In this document: positions 1 to 12,750 of the stretch, piece by piece | How positions within the stretch are numbered: position 1 is the stretch's first letter | Layout: every line of letters begins with the position of its first letter | Source of the DNA: Mobula hypostoma | Lineage: Eukaryota | DNA length: 64,000 nt | NCBI RefSeq assembly: GCF_963921235.1 | Contig: NC_086108.1 | Location: 101,372,001-101,436,000, forward strand | Reading direction: 5' to 3' | Notes under the pieces: generated by a model | The model's database searches: none | Told to the model about the DNA's origin: nothing | Seen by the model: only the letters and a program-made list of their open reading frames with translations | Made by a program: the position numbers and the translations under genes

Positions 1-553
1 TCATTGTCTGAAAAGCCAATTGTTCAACTTACAGGAATTCTATTCAACTATAAAAAGTCCTTCAGATTTCACCATTTAATCTTCTGATGGTAAATGTTAA
101 TCTGCTAAGTGCTCCAAATTCTGATCATTGCAACTGAACAAAACAGTTTACTGAGAATGATCTCTTCAGCACTAAAGTCTGTTCATCAGAATTAACATTT
201 ATTTATCTGAATTCTCTTCCTCTTCCCCCCGCCAGTATTATTGAATTGAATTGACTTTATTACTTACATCCTTCATATATATGAGGATTAAAAATCTTTA
301 TGTTACGTCTGCATCTAAATGTGCAATGTGCAATTATAGTAGTAACACAAGATAGTTAAGATAACATAGAAATACAGTTACGTCAGCATGAATTAAGCAA
401 TTTGATGGCCTGGTGGAAGAAGCTGTCCTGGAGTCTGTTGGCCCCGGATGGTATCAGCTGGAACAGCTTGTGATTGGGGTGACCCAGGTCTCCAAAGATC
501 CTTCAGGCCCTTTTCTCACACCTGTCTTTGTAAATGTCCTGAATAGTGGGAAG

Positions 554-1653
554 TGAAGTCCGTATTCTGGTTCACGGTCCGGTCCATCAACCCTTGCTCC
601 AGGATTTCCAGTCTACCCTGTTTCTGTTCTTATTGAGCTCTAATTGAGGCAGCTGATGCTTGTTGGGGCTGGCTGCATAAATACCTTCAGAGACCAGGGC
701 GTGGCTGCTGGATTGTTCTTGTCCTTACTCCTTGTATCCCTTCCCCTGCCTTCTGTTTCCTCGTCTGAAGCCTTGCCTGGTTTTTCCAGTAACTCTTGCC
801 TCATCTGAAGTTCTCGTTTCGCCTTGCATTGCCTGAAGCCTTGCCTGGTCTTGCTGGTAACTCTCACTTCGTCTCACCTTCAGTCTTGTCCTGGAGCCAC
901 CCCGTACCTAGCTCCCTTTCTGTCCCTTGCCTCCGCCGGGTAAGTCAGGCTGTCTTGCCATTACCCTGTGGCTGGTTCTGTCCCTTCCTGTCCCTTGCCT
1001 CTGTCGGGTAAGCCAGGCCACATTGCCGTTACCTACGGTTGGTTCTGTCCCTTCCTGTCCCTTGGCTCCATCGGGTGGTGATCCGCGCCCTGCCCAGGAG
1101 TAGCCTCCAGCCTCCTGCCTTCTGCCAAGCCTCACCTCTAGTCTCAAGCCTGAAGAATCCAGCCTCCTGCCAAGCCTCGCCTCTAGTCTCTAGCCTCTAG
1201 CCTCAAGCCTGAAGAATCCAGCCTCCTGCCAAGCCTCGCCTCTAGTCTCTAGCCTCTAGCCTCCTGCCAAGCCTCGCCTCAAGTCTCTGCCTCTAGCCTC
1301 CTGCCAAGCCTTGCCTCAAGTCTCTGCCTCTAGCCTCCTGCCAAGCCTCACCTCAAGTCTCTAGCCTCTAGCCTCAAGCCTGAAGACTCCAGCCTCGTCC
1401 TGCCTGCCAGCCAAGCCTTCTCCTTGCCTAGTTCTGGGGTCCGAGCCAGAGGCAAGACCCAGGTACTGGGTCCTTGTCCAGTCTCTGGCTCGGAGTCCAA
1501 GCCTGGGCTCCTAGCTCTCTTGTCCAGTCCTGTTCCGGGTTCCCGGTTTTCGTGTCCATGTCCTTGCCCTCACCGTGTATCCTAGTCCTGTCCCAAGTAC
1601 TTCAGTGTCTGTGTCTTGCATTTGGGTCCGTTCCTAGCCACCGCCCTATGACA
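554..1653 (+). mobile_element. Solo LTR (Gypsy-like), 1100 bp
   Basis: TG...CA termini, 4-bp TSD GAAG (550-553 / 1654-1657); removing it restores a continuous LINE fragment; no internal coding region. Confidence 0.8.
1100..1410 (+). repeat. Minisatellite inside the solo LTR (units built on AGCCTCCTGCCAAGCCTCGCCTCWAGTCTCTAGCCTCT)
   Basis: Several near-identical ~39-bp units, some extended by CAAGCCTGAAGAATCC. Confidence 0.85.
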
Positions 1654-2204
1654 GAAGTTCACATCTACAGATGTGTTGGGCTGTCTGCACCACTCTCTGT
1701 AGAGTCCTGTGTTTGAGGGAAGTATAGTTCCCATAACAGGCAGTGATGAAGCCAGTCAGGATGCTTTCAATTGTGTCCCTATAGAAAGTTCTTAGTATTT
1801 GGGGGACCATATCAAACCTCTTCAACCGTCTGAGATGAAATAGGCGCTGTTATGCCTTTTTCACTACACAGCCAGTATGTACAGACCACATCTGGTTTTA
1901 CTGCAGTATTGCAGTACATGTAGTAATTTGTAGAGCAACAGAGTCATAGAAAAGTACAGCACAGAAACAGTCCTTTTGGCCCATCTAGTCTGTGCTGGCC
2001 ATTTAAACTGCCTACTCCCATCAACCTAGACCAGAACCAGAGCCCTCCATCTCCTACTATCCATGTACCACACAAACTCAGTGGAAAAAGCCTGCTTGCC
2101 TTTACCCTGTCTACACCCCTCATCATTTTGTCCATCTCCATCAACTCTCTCCTCAGTCTTTACATTCCAAGGAATAAAGTCCTAACCTATTCAATCTTTC
2201 CTTA

Positions 2205-2799
2205 TGTAACACCCTGGGAAAAGGTTCACTGCTAATGTAATGGTCTTTCTGCAGAAGCAGTGTTTGGGTTATAGTTAGAGATGATGGATACTTTGGAATG
2301 TGAGCCATCCAATCAAGAGAGTGGGAGTTTGTGTTGTGTGCCTGACACCGGTGTGAGCTGGGTCCTTCGTTTGTGGGAGAGGAAGAGAGATGACGCTAGA
2401 GAGAACCGGTTATAGTATTTGATCCAGTGGGGACCGTGATTCTACAGAGCAAGGTGCTGAGATCAACTGAGGATTGGTGAATATTACATTTGGGGAAGAG
2501 TTGAGCTCCAACTTGTGCACATTTGATTGTTTTATTATAATGGGCCCTTTTTGATTTTTTTTTCTTTCTTTTCTTTACTAACCCTTTAATTCAATTACGA
2601 TTCATAAATATAATTCCTTTAATCGTATGCAGAATGCTGTCTCTTAGTTATTGGAACAGATTTGTAACAGGGTAGTAAATTACACAGCATCCACACAAAC
2701 TGGAGTTTGGGGTGGGATAGCCAGCTCAATTTCACGGGTTTGGCAGGACCAGAGTGTGTATTCCTTACCAAACCAAGGAAACCGAGGGTGGAGAGTTCA
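2205..2799. mobile_element. Solo LTR, 595 bp
   Basis: TGTAAC...TTCA termini, 4-bp TSD CTTA (2201-2204 / 2800-2803); splits a minus-strand CR1 3' fragment. Confidence 0.8.
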
Positions 2800-4156
2800 C
2801 TTATAACTCAGGTCCTCCAGACCCAGCAACATCCCTGATTGGTATGAAGGCACATGATCATAAGAGGCTTCAAAAGGTTGTAGATTTAGCCAGCTCCATC
2901 ACAGGCACAATCCTCACATCCCATCTTCAAAAGCTGGTGCCTGAAGAAGATGGCATCCATCATGAAGATCCCTCACCATCCAGGACATGCCCGCTCCTCA
3001 TTATTATTATCAGGGAAGAAGTACAGGAGCCTGAAGATACACACTCAAAGTTTTAGGAACAGTTTCTTCCCCTCTGCATTCAGATTTCTGAATGGTCCCT
3101 GAACATATGAACACTAATTCACTGTTTTACTTTTTCACTACTAATTTATTTATATTTTATTGTAAATTACAGTAATTTATTATCCTGCACTGCACTGCTA
3201 CCACAAAGCAACAAATGTCATGAATGATGTCAGTGAAAATAACAAATACAGTATCTGATTCTGATACTGCAGGGTAATGCAGTGGGTGGAAACAGGCAGA
3301 ATTCACAAACACCAACGACATTGTGTTGGGGTTCACTTTAAGAGGCTGGTCTGATGTAATTAGGTGAAGCTTTCTTCTTAACCACATTTTATGTTCTGTG
3401 TTTGGAGGACAATAAAGGAGTTGTTACGGTTTTCCGTAAAGTTAAAAAGCCTCTGCTGTTTTACGAAAACCTACAACATTACCAATACAAACTCACTAAT
3501 GCAGACATTTTCATGAACTTCACAGACATTTCATGCTCAGGTGATAAACACTCCTGCATTATGGAGCAGATTACCTTTCTTTTTGTTCTGATTGTGTTTT
3601 CTTATAAAAATGTGGACAATTTCTCTCTAGCTTGTGCCAGTCCTGTGAATTCTGCACATGTGATGCTCTGTGCCTGCGATGTTGTCACAAGTACATTTTC
3701 AATTGCACCTGTGCATACATGTACAGAGTTTGAATGTTCCTGTCAGAATAAAAGGCAAGGCTAATCGAATTGGCCTCCACTGCTTTCTGAGGCAGAGCAT
3801 TCCACAGATCCACAACTCTCTTGGTGAAAAAGTTTTTCCTCAACTTCGTTCTAAATGGCCTACCCCTTATTCTCAAATTGTGACCTTTGGTTCTGGCCTC
3901 CCCCAACATCGGGAAAATGTTTCCTGCTCCTAGCGTGTTCAGTCCCTTAATAATCTTATATGTTTCAATCTTTTGGAGGGCTATATTGTGGGTGTAGGCC
4001 AATGAGACTAGGCAGATGAATACTTTGGCACAAAATAGATGGGTTGAAGGCCCTGTTTCTGAGCTGTAGTATTCCATGACTCTATGACTCAAGATAAGTT
4101 ATCAGCACATGAAAAAGATTAAGGGATTTTAAGCTGCTTCAGCAAAACAATTGGAT

Positions 4157-5122
4157 TGTCATGAACCCTGTGACGGGAATAAAGGACCAGCAGAGATGGA
4201 AAACATTTTGGAGTCCAGTATTGCTATAAACTAATAATATTTATTAGTAACTATGCAATACAGTAATATAAATGTAGATAAATCAAACAGGTTAGCAATA
4301 ATTACATGAAAGTAAGTATGGAATATATATGTATGAGAAACCAAGCTTCTTTAAGTCTAGGGGTAAAAAGATACAGTCTTACGATGATGAGTAAAGTTCA
4401 GTTCAGTTCAGTTCGTGGTACTGAGTTGAGTAGTGATGGAGAGAGAGAGAGAGAGAGAGATTTGAGTCTTTATGTGAGCTGACACCGTCGATCTTCTCGT
4501 TGTCCTTCGAAATCCTTTAAAAGTCACCGACTGTGACTTTAACAAAGGGGACCGGTTTTCTGTGGTGGAGCTATCCCCCAGGCGAGGGTGGACACATGGA
4601 CAACTCCCCACCAGTCAACCCTTTTTCCCTTCTTTCCACTGCAAGAGCGAGGGATCGATTCACCTGATCGATCCTCTAAAACCCACCTTTTCTGTGGGCA
4701 CAACAATGCTGATTCAGTGTCCAAACATCTGTCTGAGGTCTATCATCTGACCTCCTATTTTATCTTCTTGTGCTGAGCATCAACTGTCATTCAAATAACT
4801 CCTCCTTCCTCTCTCTCTGAAGAAATGCAAGCAGGCAAAAATCCTTGAAGGAAGTGTCAACAACCTGCCGAAAATCATAAGATCGAGTGTCCATTAAATA
4901 ACATCGCCTTCGGTCACCATAGCAACTTACGAGCTGCTCGGTGCTGTCTCCAACTCCAGCTTAGTAGAAATCCAAAGTTACTTCCAGTGCATTAAAGTGA
5001 CAGTCCAACAGTTAGTCTTCGTCTCTCTCTCTTTTACAAACAATATGTCAGTGTTAAATAACTCTCTCTCTCTCTCTCCTTTCAAAAGCACAGTTCATAG
5101 GGTAATTCAGAACCCCATCACA
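4157..5122 (-). mobile_element. Solo LTR, 966 bp
   Basis: TGTCA...TCACA termini, 4-bp TSD GGAT (4153-4156 / 5123-5126); internal (GA)n tract; AATAAA on the minus strand near 4240. Confidence 0.75.
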
Positions 5123-6259
5123 GGATGCTGTGCAAATGCACACTTTTTAAGTAATTCTTATGGTGAGACACATTAGATAATGGACAACCTCCCTTTTTAT
5201 TCAACAAAATGACAATTGTAAGCATTTTCTTGTAAAATAGATAGAACTCTTGGAGTTATGGATTTCACCATGTATAATCACAACAAATCACAAATTGACT
5301 GAACATCCTATCTCAGGATGCTACGGGGAACAAATTGTCAGTATTGAACTTCTCCTTGACTTTCATGGGAAGGGAAATCCTGGAGAATATATTTTATACA
5401 AACCAATTTTTCCTTCTGGACTCTTGCCTTATGACCACGTCAGCAAATATCACAAGTTATCATATGATTCCATAATGGCAGATTCTGCCTTCAGCAGGAC
5501 TTGGCAAAAATTGTCAACAACTCTTGGCCTGCTGATAAAAATCAAATTTCACCCCCATCAAAGCATGTTGGCTTAATTTTTGGAGATTGAACATTCCTAT
5601 ATTGGACAAGAGGGACCAGAAGAGGTTCAGATGAATGATCCTGGGAATGAAAAGGTTAATGTATTAGGACCATTTAATGGCATTGTGCTTGTAACCATTG
5701 GTGTATAGAAGAACGATGGAAGATTTCATTGAAATCTATCAATATTGAAATGCCTAGATAGACTGGACATGGAGAGGATGTTTTTTACAATAGGGGAGTT
5801 TATGACCAAAGAGTAATGCTTCAGAATAGAGGGATGTTGCTTTATAAAAGAAAGGAGGAGGAATTTCTTTAACCATATGTTGTGAATCTGCCAGGAACAT
5901 CCGTGGAGGCCAAGGTAGTAGGTATGTGTAAAGCAGAGGTTGATAGTTTCTGGATGAGTAAGGGTGTCAAAGGCAATGGGGAGAAAACAAGTGTACGGGT
6001 TTGAGAGGCATAATAATTCAACCATGATGGAATGACAAAGCAGACTCAATGGGCCAAATGGCCTTATTCTGCTCAAATATCTGAAGGTCTTATGGCTTTA
6101 AATCATCGTCTTGCACATTCTGACAAAATACAGCTGGAGCAATCAAGAGATTGCAGGAATCAGCTTGCTACTACAATGATCTTTGGATTGTAAGGTGAGC
6201 AGGGCTCAAGAAAGAGAGAAACAATTCACAAGAAACTGTTGACAATACCATCCTACAGT

Positions 6260-8117
6260 CTAGAAACATAGAAACGTAGAAAACCTACAGCATAATACAG
6301 GCCCTTTGGCCCACAAAGCTGTGCTGAACATGTCCTTACCTTAGAGCTACCTAGGCTTACCCATAGCCCTCCATTTTTCTAAGCTCCATGTATCCATCCA
6401 GGAGTCTCTTAAAAGACCGTATCGTTTCCGCCTCCACAACCACCGCTGGCAGCCCATTCCACACACTCACCACTCTCTGCATAAAAAACTTACCCCTGCC
6501 ATCTGATCTGTACCTTCTTTCAAGCACCTTAAAACTATGCCTTCTCGTGTTAGCAATGACAGCCCTGGGAAAAAGTCTCTGACTATCCACACGATCAATG
6601 CCTCTCATTATCTTGCACACTTCTATCAGGTCACCTCTCATCCTCCATAGCTCCAAGGAGAAAAGATCGAGTTCACTCAACCTATTCTCATAAGGCATGC
6701 TCCCCAATCCAGGCAACATCCTTGTAAATCTCCTCTGCCCCCTTTCTATGGTTTCCAGTCCTTCCTGTAGTGAGGTGACCAGAACAGAGAACAGTACTGC
6801 AAGTGGGGTCTGACCAGGGTCCTATATAGCTGCAACATTACCTTTCGGCTCTTATAGTCAATCCCAAGATTGATGAAGGTCAATACACCATATGCCTTCT
6901 TAACCACAGAGTTAACCTGCATAGCAGCTTTGAGTATCCTATGGACTCAGACCCCAAGATCCCTCTGATCCGCCACACTGCCAAGAGTCTTGCCATCAAT
7001 GCTGCGTACTGCCATCATATTTGACCTACCAAAACGAACCACCTCACACTTATCTGGTTTGAACTCCATCTGCCACTTCTCAGCCCAGTTTTGCATCCTA
7101 TCAATGTCCCGCTGTAACCTCTGACAGCCCTGCACACTATCCACACCACCCCCAACTTTTGTGTCATCAAGACATTTACTAACCTATCCCTCCACTTCCT
7201 CATCCAGGTCATATAGAACAATTACAAACAGTAGGGGGTCCCAGAACAGATCCCTGAGGCACATCACTAGTCACTGGCCTCCATGTAGAATATGACCCCA
7301 TCTACAACCACTCTTTGCCTTCTGTGGGCAAACCAGTTCTGGATCCGCAAAGCAATGTCCCCTTGGATCCCATGCCTCCTTACTTTCTCAATAAGCCTTG
7401 CATGGGGTACCTTATCAAATGCCTTGCTAAAATCCATATACTCTACATCTACGGCTGTACCTTCATCAATGTGTTCAGTCACATTCTCAAAAAATTCAGT
7501 CAGGCTCATAAGGCACGATCTGCTTTTTACTAAGCCATGTTGATGATTATGCCTCTCCAAATGTTCATAAATCCTGCCTCTCAGGATCTTCTCCATCAAC
7601 TTACCAACCACTGAAGTAAGACTCACTGGTCTATAATTTCTTGGGCTATCCCTACTCCCTTTCTTGAATAACAGAACAACATCCACAACCTTCCAATCCT
7701 CCAGAACCTCTCCCATCCTCATTGATGATGCAAGGATCATCGCCAGAGGCGCAGCAATCTCCTCCCTCGCTTCCCATAGTAGCGTGGGGTACATCCCATC
7801 CGGTCCCGGTGACTTATCGAACTTGATACTTTCCAAAAGCTCCAGCACATCCTTTTCCTTAATATCTACATGCTCTAGCTTTTCAATCCGCTGCAAATTA
7901 TCCCTACAATCGCCAAGATCCTTTTCCGTAGTGGATGCTGAAGCAATGTATTCATTAAGTACCTCTGCCATTTCCTCCAGTTCCATGAACACTTTTCCAC
8001 TGACACACTTGATTGGTCCTATTCTTTCATGTCTTAACCTCTTGCTCTTCACATACTTGTAGAATGCCTTGGGGTTTTCCTTAATCCTGTCTGCCAAGGC
8101 CTTCTTATGGCCCCACA
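6260..8117 (-). mobile_element. 5'-truncated CR1 LINE (RT remnant)
   Basis: ORFs with KSPGPDG, NYRPVSLTSVVGK, MDFSKAFDKVPH, WAEKWQMEF; (TTTCTATG)n-type 3' tail; internal deletion near 7260. Confidence 0.9.
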
Positions 8118-8349
8118 ATTTGTTGTACTGGCGTACTTTCAGGGTAGCCCCTGTCTAAGATCATTGAGGGTTAAAAAGTGAGCAAGTTTTCAAGTTAAAT
8201 ATTTCCTTGCCAGGAACATGCAAGCACTTGTAGGGAGAGGGGGTTCTTTGTGAGTATGTATGTATTGATTTTCGTTTGAATAAATCAGATTCATTTCTCC
8301 TGACATATATTGCGAAATTTGCTTTGTGGTAACATTATATATGTAAAAA

Positions 8350-9355
8350 TTCAGTCTGTTTCCACTTAGATCCGTGAGATTTCACATGCCCCTGATCTCT
8401 TCAATGTCCTGGTCCTGATCACCTCATATTCTCTGTGGATATCCAGTCACTGTACACTTCTATCTCCATCAATAAGGCCTTAAAGCTTTCCGCTTCTTTC
8501 TAGATATTAGGCATAATCAGTTTCCCTCCTCCACCACCTTCCTCTGTCTGCTAGAAGTGGTCCTCACACTCATCAATTTATCTTTTGGCTTCTCCTGCTA
8601 TCTCCAACCTCAAGATGTAGCCATGGGCATCGGCTTGGGCCCCAGATATGCCTGCCTTTTCGCCAGTTTTGTAAAACAGTCCATTTTCCAATCCTACACC
8701 GCTAACACTCCCCTAGACTTCCTGTGCGACACTGATGAATGCATTGGTGTTGCTTCCTACAGCCATGCTGAATTTGTCAATTTCATCAGCTTTGTTTCCA
8801 ACTTTCCACCCTGCCTTCATATTTACTTGGTCCATCTCTGAGACTTCTGCCCCCTTTCTCGATCTCTCTTTCTCTATCTCTGGAGAGAGACTATTTACTG
8901 ATATATTTTATACCTACTGACTCTCACAGGTATCTTGACTATAGCTCTTCCCACTCTGCTACTTGTAAAATTGCTATTCCCTTCTCTCAGTTCCCCCACC
9001 TCCATCGTATCTGTCCTCAGGAGGAGGTTTTCCATTCCAGAACATCCTTCTTGAAAGAACGGGGTTTCCCTTCCTCTACCACCAATACTCTCCCTTATCT
9101 CCTCCATTTCCCAGTCATCTGCCCTCACTCCATCTTTTCATCATCATAACAATAATAGACTTCCTTTGTTATTATCTACTACCCCACACGCCTCTGCATC
9201 CAAAACATCATTGTCCATAACTTCTACCGTCTTCAATGGGTTCCTACCACAAAATATATTCCACCCCCAACACCCCTCTGCTTTCTGCAGGGATCAATCT
9301 CTACGTGACCCTTTTGTCCATCATCTTTACCAATCGATCTCCCTCAGGCACATAA
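8350..9355 (+). mobile_element. Penelope-like element (Neptune-like) RT remnant
   Basis: Degenerate motifs FSVDIQSLYTSI, VAMG...GPRYACLF, PFLDLS typical of PLE RT; many stops and frameshifts. Confidence 0.75.
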
Positions 9356-9399
9356 GTCTTAGGTCCCACACCTTTAGTTTAAGCAACAACTATTACCTT

Positions 9400-10060
9400 A
9401 CAACACACACAAAATGCTGGAGGAACTCAGCAGGCCAGGCAGCATCTGTGGAAAAGAGTAAACAGTTGACGTTTCGGGCTGAGACCCTTCATCTCGACTG
9501 GAAATAAAAGATGCAAAGTCAGATCAAGAGCTGGGGGGAGGGTGGTAGGAGGCGAGGAAGAAGGACAAGTTCATAGGTGATAGGTGAAACCAGGAGGGGG
9601 GAGGGGTGAAGTAATGAACTGAGAAGTTGATTGGTGAAAGAGACCAAGGTTGGAGAAGAGAGAATCCAATAGGAGAGGGTTGAAGACCATGGAAGAAAGG
9701 GAAGGGGGAGGAGCATAGAGCGAGGTGATAGACAGGTAAGGAGATAATGTGAGAGAGGGAAACGGGAGTGAGGAAATGCCAACGAAGGTGGGGGAAGGAG
9801 GAACAATTACCGTAAGGTTGAGAATTTAATGTTCACATCATCAGGTTGGACGCTACCCAGACAGAATACAAAGTGCTGCTCCAAACTGAGTGTGGCCTCA
9901 TCACAGCAGTGAAGGAGGTCATGGACTGACATGTCAGAATGGGAATGGGAAGTAGTATTGAGATGGGTAGCCATTGGGCTATTTCACTTTTTTTGATGGA
10001 TGGAGTATCAGTGCTCGGTGAAGCAGTCACTCATTGTACACTGGGTCTCACCAATATATA
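9400..10060 (-). mobile_element. Penelope-like element 3' part and pLTR (continues at about 11670-11895)
   Basis: Reverse complement resembles the GIY-YIG end and pLTR of the copies at 19110-19625 and 21063-22366. Confidence 0.75.
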
Positions 10061-10637
10061 GCACTCAGATCTGCAGCTGGATTTTCAACTTCCTCACAGC
10101 CAGGACCCAGGTTGTAAAAATAGGGGACAAGCTCTCCTCTACAATCACTCTGAGCACCGGTGCCCCACAAGGCAGTGTACTTAGCCCCCTGCTGTACTCA
10201 CTGTACACCCATGATCGTGTAGCCAAGTTTCCGTCAAACTCAATATATAAGTTTGCTGATGACACTATTGTAGGCCGTATCTCAGGTAATGATGAGTTTC
10301 AGTACAGAGAGGAAATTAAGAACCTGGTGGCATGGTGTGAAGACAATAACCTATCCCTCAATGTCAGCAAGGTGAAGGAATTGGTTGTTGATTTCAGACA
10401 GCATAGTGGACCTCACGACCCAATTTACATCGGTGGTGCGCAAGTGGAGTAGGTCAAAAGCTTTAAGTTCCTCGGGTTCAATATCACAAATGACCTGACT
10501 TGGTCCAACCAAGCAGAGTCCACTGCCAAGAAGGCCCACCAGCGCCTTTACTTCCTGAGAAAACTAAAGAAATTTGGCCTGTCCCCTAAAATCCTCACTA
10601 ATTTTTATAGATGCACTGTAGAAAGCATTCTTCTAGG
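10061..10637 (+). mobile_element. Rex1/Babar-like LINE RT fragment
   Basis: [20 protein letters not shown]...KFADDT. Confidence 0.85.
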
Positions 10638-11904
10638 GCAAAGGGTCTCAGCCTGAAACGTCGACTGCACCTCTTCCTAGAGATGCTGCCTGGCCTGCTG
10701 TGTTCACCAGCAACTTTGATGTGTGTTGCTTAAATTTACAGCATCTGCAGAATTCCTGTTGTTTACATTATGTTGAAGTTGTTTAAGACATTAGTGAGAT
10801 CTATTTTGGAGGATTGTGTGCAGTTTTGGTCACCTAACCTACATGAGAGATGTAAACAAGGTTGAAAGAGTGCAAAGAAAACTTACAATGATGTTGCTGG
10901 GTCTGGAGGAGCTGAGTTGCATGGAAAGATTAAATAGATTAGGAGTTTACTGCTTAGAACATAGAAGATTGAGCGGAGATTTACTAGGGGTAATACAAAA
11001 TTATGAAGAATATAGACAGGGTAAACACAAGCAGGCTTTTTCCAATGAGGTTGGGTTCAGTTATACTGGTGCCTAAGAAGAACATGGTAATCTGCTTGAA
11101 TGACTATCGTCCAGTAGTGCTTACATCCACTATGAGAGTTCTGGCAATGAAACTTATCAACTTCTGCCTGAGAAGCGACTTGGATCCAGGTTCAGTGTGT
11201 CCACTGTCACATCAGGTTCACAGCAGATGCCATTTTATTGCTTCTTCACTCAATCCTGGAACACCTGAATCACAAAGGTACATATAGCAGGATGCTCTTT
11301 ATCAACTAATGTTCAGCACTCAATTCTCTCGAAGCCAATGAATAAGCTTCAAGACCATGGCCTCAGTACCTCCTTATGCAAATGGTTCCTTAATTTCCTT
11401 ACTTGCAGACTACAGTCAGTTAAAATTGGCATTATCATTTCCTCCAAACTCTCCATCTGCACAAGTGCACCAGAAGGCTGTGTGCTTAGCCCTCTACTCT
11501 ACTCACTTTCTACTTATGACTGTGAGGCTAAGCACAGGTCCAATGCTATACTGTGCAGAGCCAATGTTTTTTTGGGACTATCAGGTAAAGGAAGTCATTG
11601 AAATAAGACTAGAACATAGAAACCTACAGCACATTACAGGCCCTTTGGCCCAAAATGCTGTACCAACCAATGGGAGAATTGGAAATGGGTAGCCACTGCG
11701 CTATCTCACTTTTTTTGATGGATGGAGCATTGGTGCTCGGTGAAGCGGCCACTCAATCTACAGTGGGTCTCACCAATATATAGGATACACCTGGAGTACC
11801 AGACACAGTACCCATGACCCCAACAGACTCACAGCTGAAACGTCATTTCACCTGGAAGGGCGGTTTGGGGCTCTGAATGGTAGTGAGGGAGGAGAAACGC
11901 CAGA

Positions 11905-12497
11905 AACTGCCTAGGATTTCCCTAGCGCACAGCCCTCTATTTTTCTAAGCTCCATGTACCTATCTAAGAAGCTCTTTAAAGACTTTGTTGTATTCGCTTC
12001 CACCACCACCACTGGCAGGGCATTTCACGCACCCACCACTCTCTGTGTGAATAACTCACTCCTGACATTGCCTCAGTACCTATTTCCAAGCACCTTAAAA
12101 CCATGCCCCCTCGTGTTAGCCATTTCAGCCCTGGAAAAAAGCCTCTGGCTGTCTACATGATCAATGCCCTCATCATCTTATACACTTCTATCAGGTCACC
12201 TCTCATTCTCCGTCGCTCCAAGGAGAAAAGGCCGAATTCACTCAACCTATTCTCATAGGGCATGCTCTCCAACCTAGGCCACCTCCTTGGAAATCTCCTC
12301 TGCACTCTCTCTATAGTATCCACATCCTTCCTGTAGTGAGGTGACCAGAAATGAATGCAGTACTCCAAGTGGAGTCTGACCTAGGTCTTATATTGCTTTA
12401 ACATTACCTCTCGGCTCCTAACCTCAATCCCATGGTCCCATGGTTGATGAATGCCAACACACCATACGCCTTCTCAACAACACTGTCAACCTGCACA
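11905..12497 (-). mobile_element. CR1 LINE 3' fragment
   Basis: EYCIHFWSPHYRKD...ERRRMRGDLIEVYK. Confidence 0.85.
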
Positions 12498-12750
12498 GAA
12501 AAAGAATTTTAACAAAGACAAATGTCTCGCTCTGAGTAAGAACTGGAACCAATTATTAATAAGGTGGGACAGCGGAAAACTGGTTGGACAGCGACTAATC
12601 AATCAGGAGGGATGGATGATGGAGGTATAATTGCCAGCAGAATAGACATGTCCAGGCATCATTCCTGATGAAGATGGCAGAATTTGTCATTGAAACATTG
12701 GTTAAAATCAATACCTGTACCCAGCGGAAGCATCAGAAGAGTTTATTTGT
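12498..12750 (+). mobile_element. 3' end of a second Penelope-like family (Penelope/Poseidon-like) with a degenerate hammerhead core
   Basis: Translates KNFNKDKCLALSKNWNQ (resembles the GIY-YIG C-terminal N-RD-G motif), then CTGATGA(12665-12671)-stem-GAAAC(12692-12696). Confidence 0.6.

Larger units (their letters stand above)
244..1890 (-). mobile_element. Degenerate Rex1/Babar-like LINE 3' fragment interrupted by the solo LTR
   Basis: (TCAAT)n tail and AATAAA on the minus strand near 244-265; RT-end similarity to other Rex1-type copies in the window. Confidence 0.6.

Noticed and set aside
1100..1410. Repeat array as CRISPR-like
   Set aside because: Units are head-to-tail with no unique spacers, lie inside a solo LTR, and the context is eukaryotic with no cas genes.
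9460..9502. Hammerhead on the minus strand as an active ribozyme
   Set aside because: The CUGAUGA core is mutated (reads GAGAUGA). Copies near 10640, 22230, 33170, 54675, 58560 and 63120 also lack or alter core bases.
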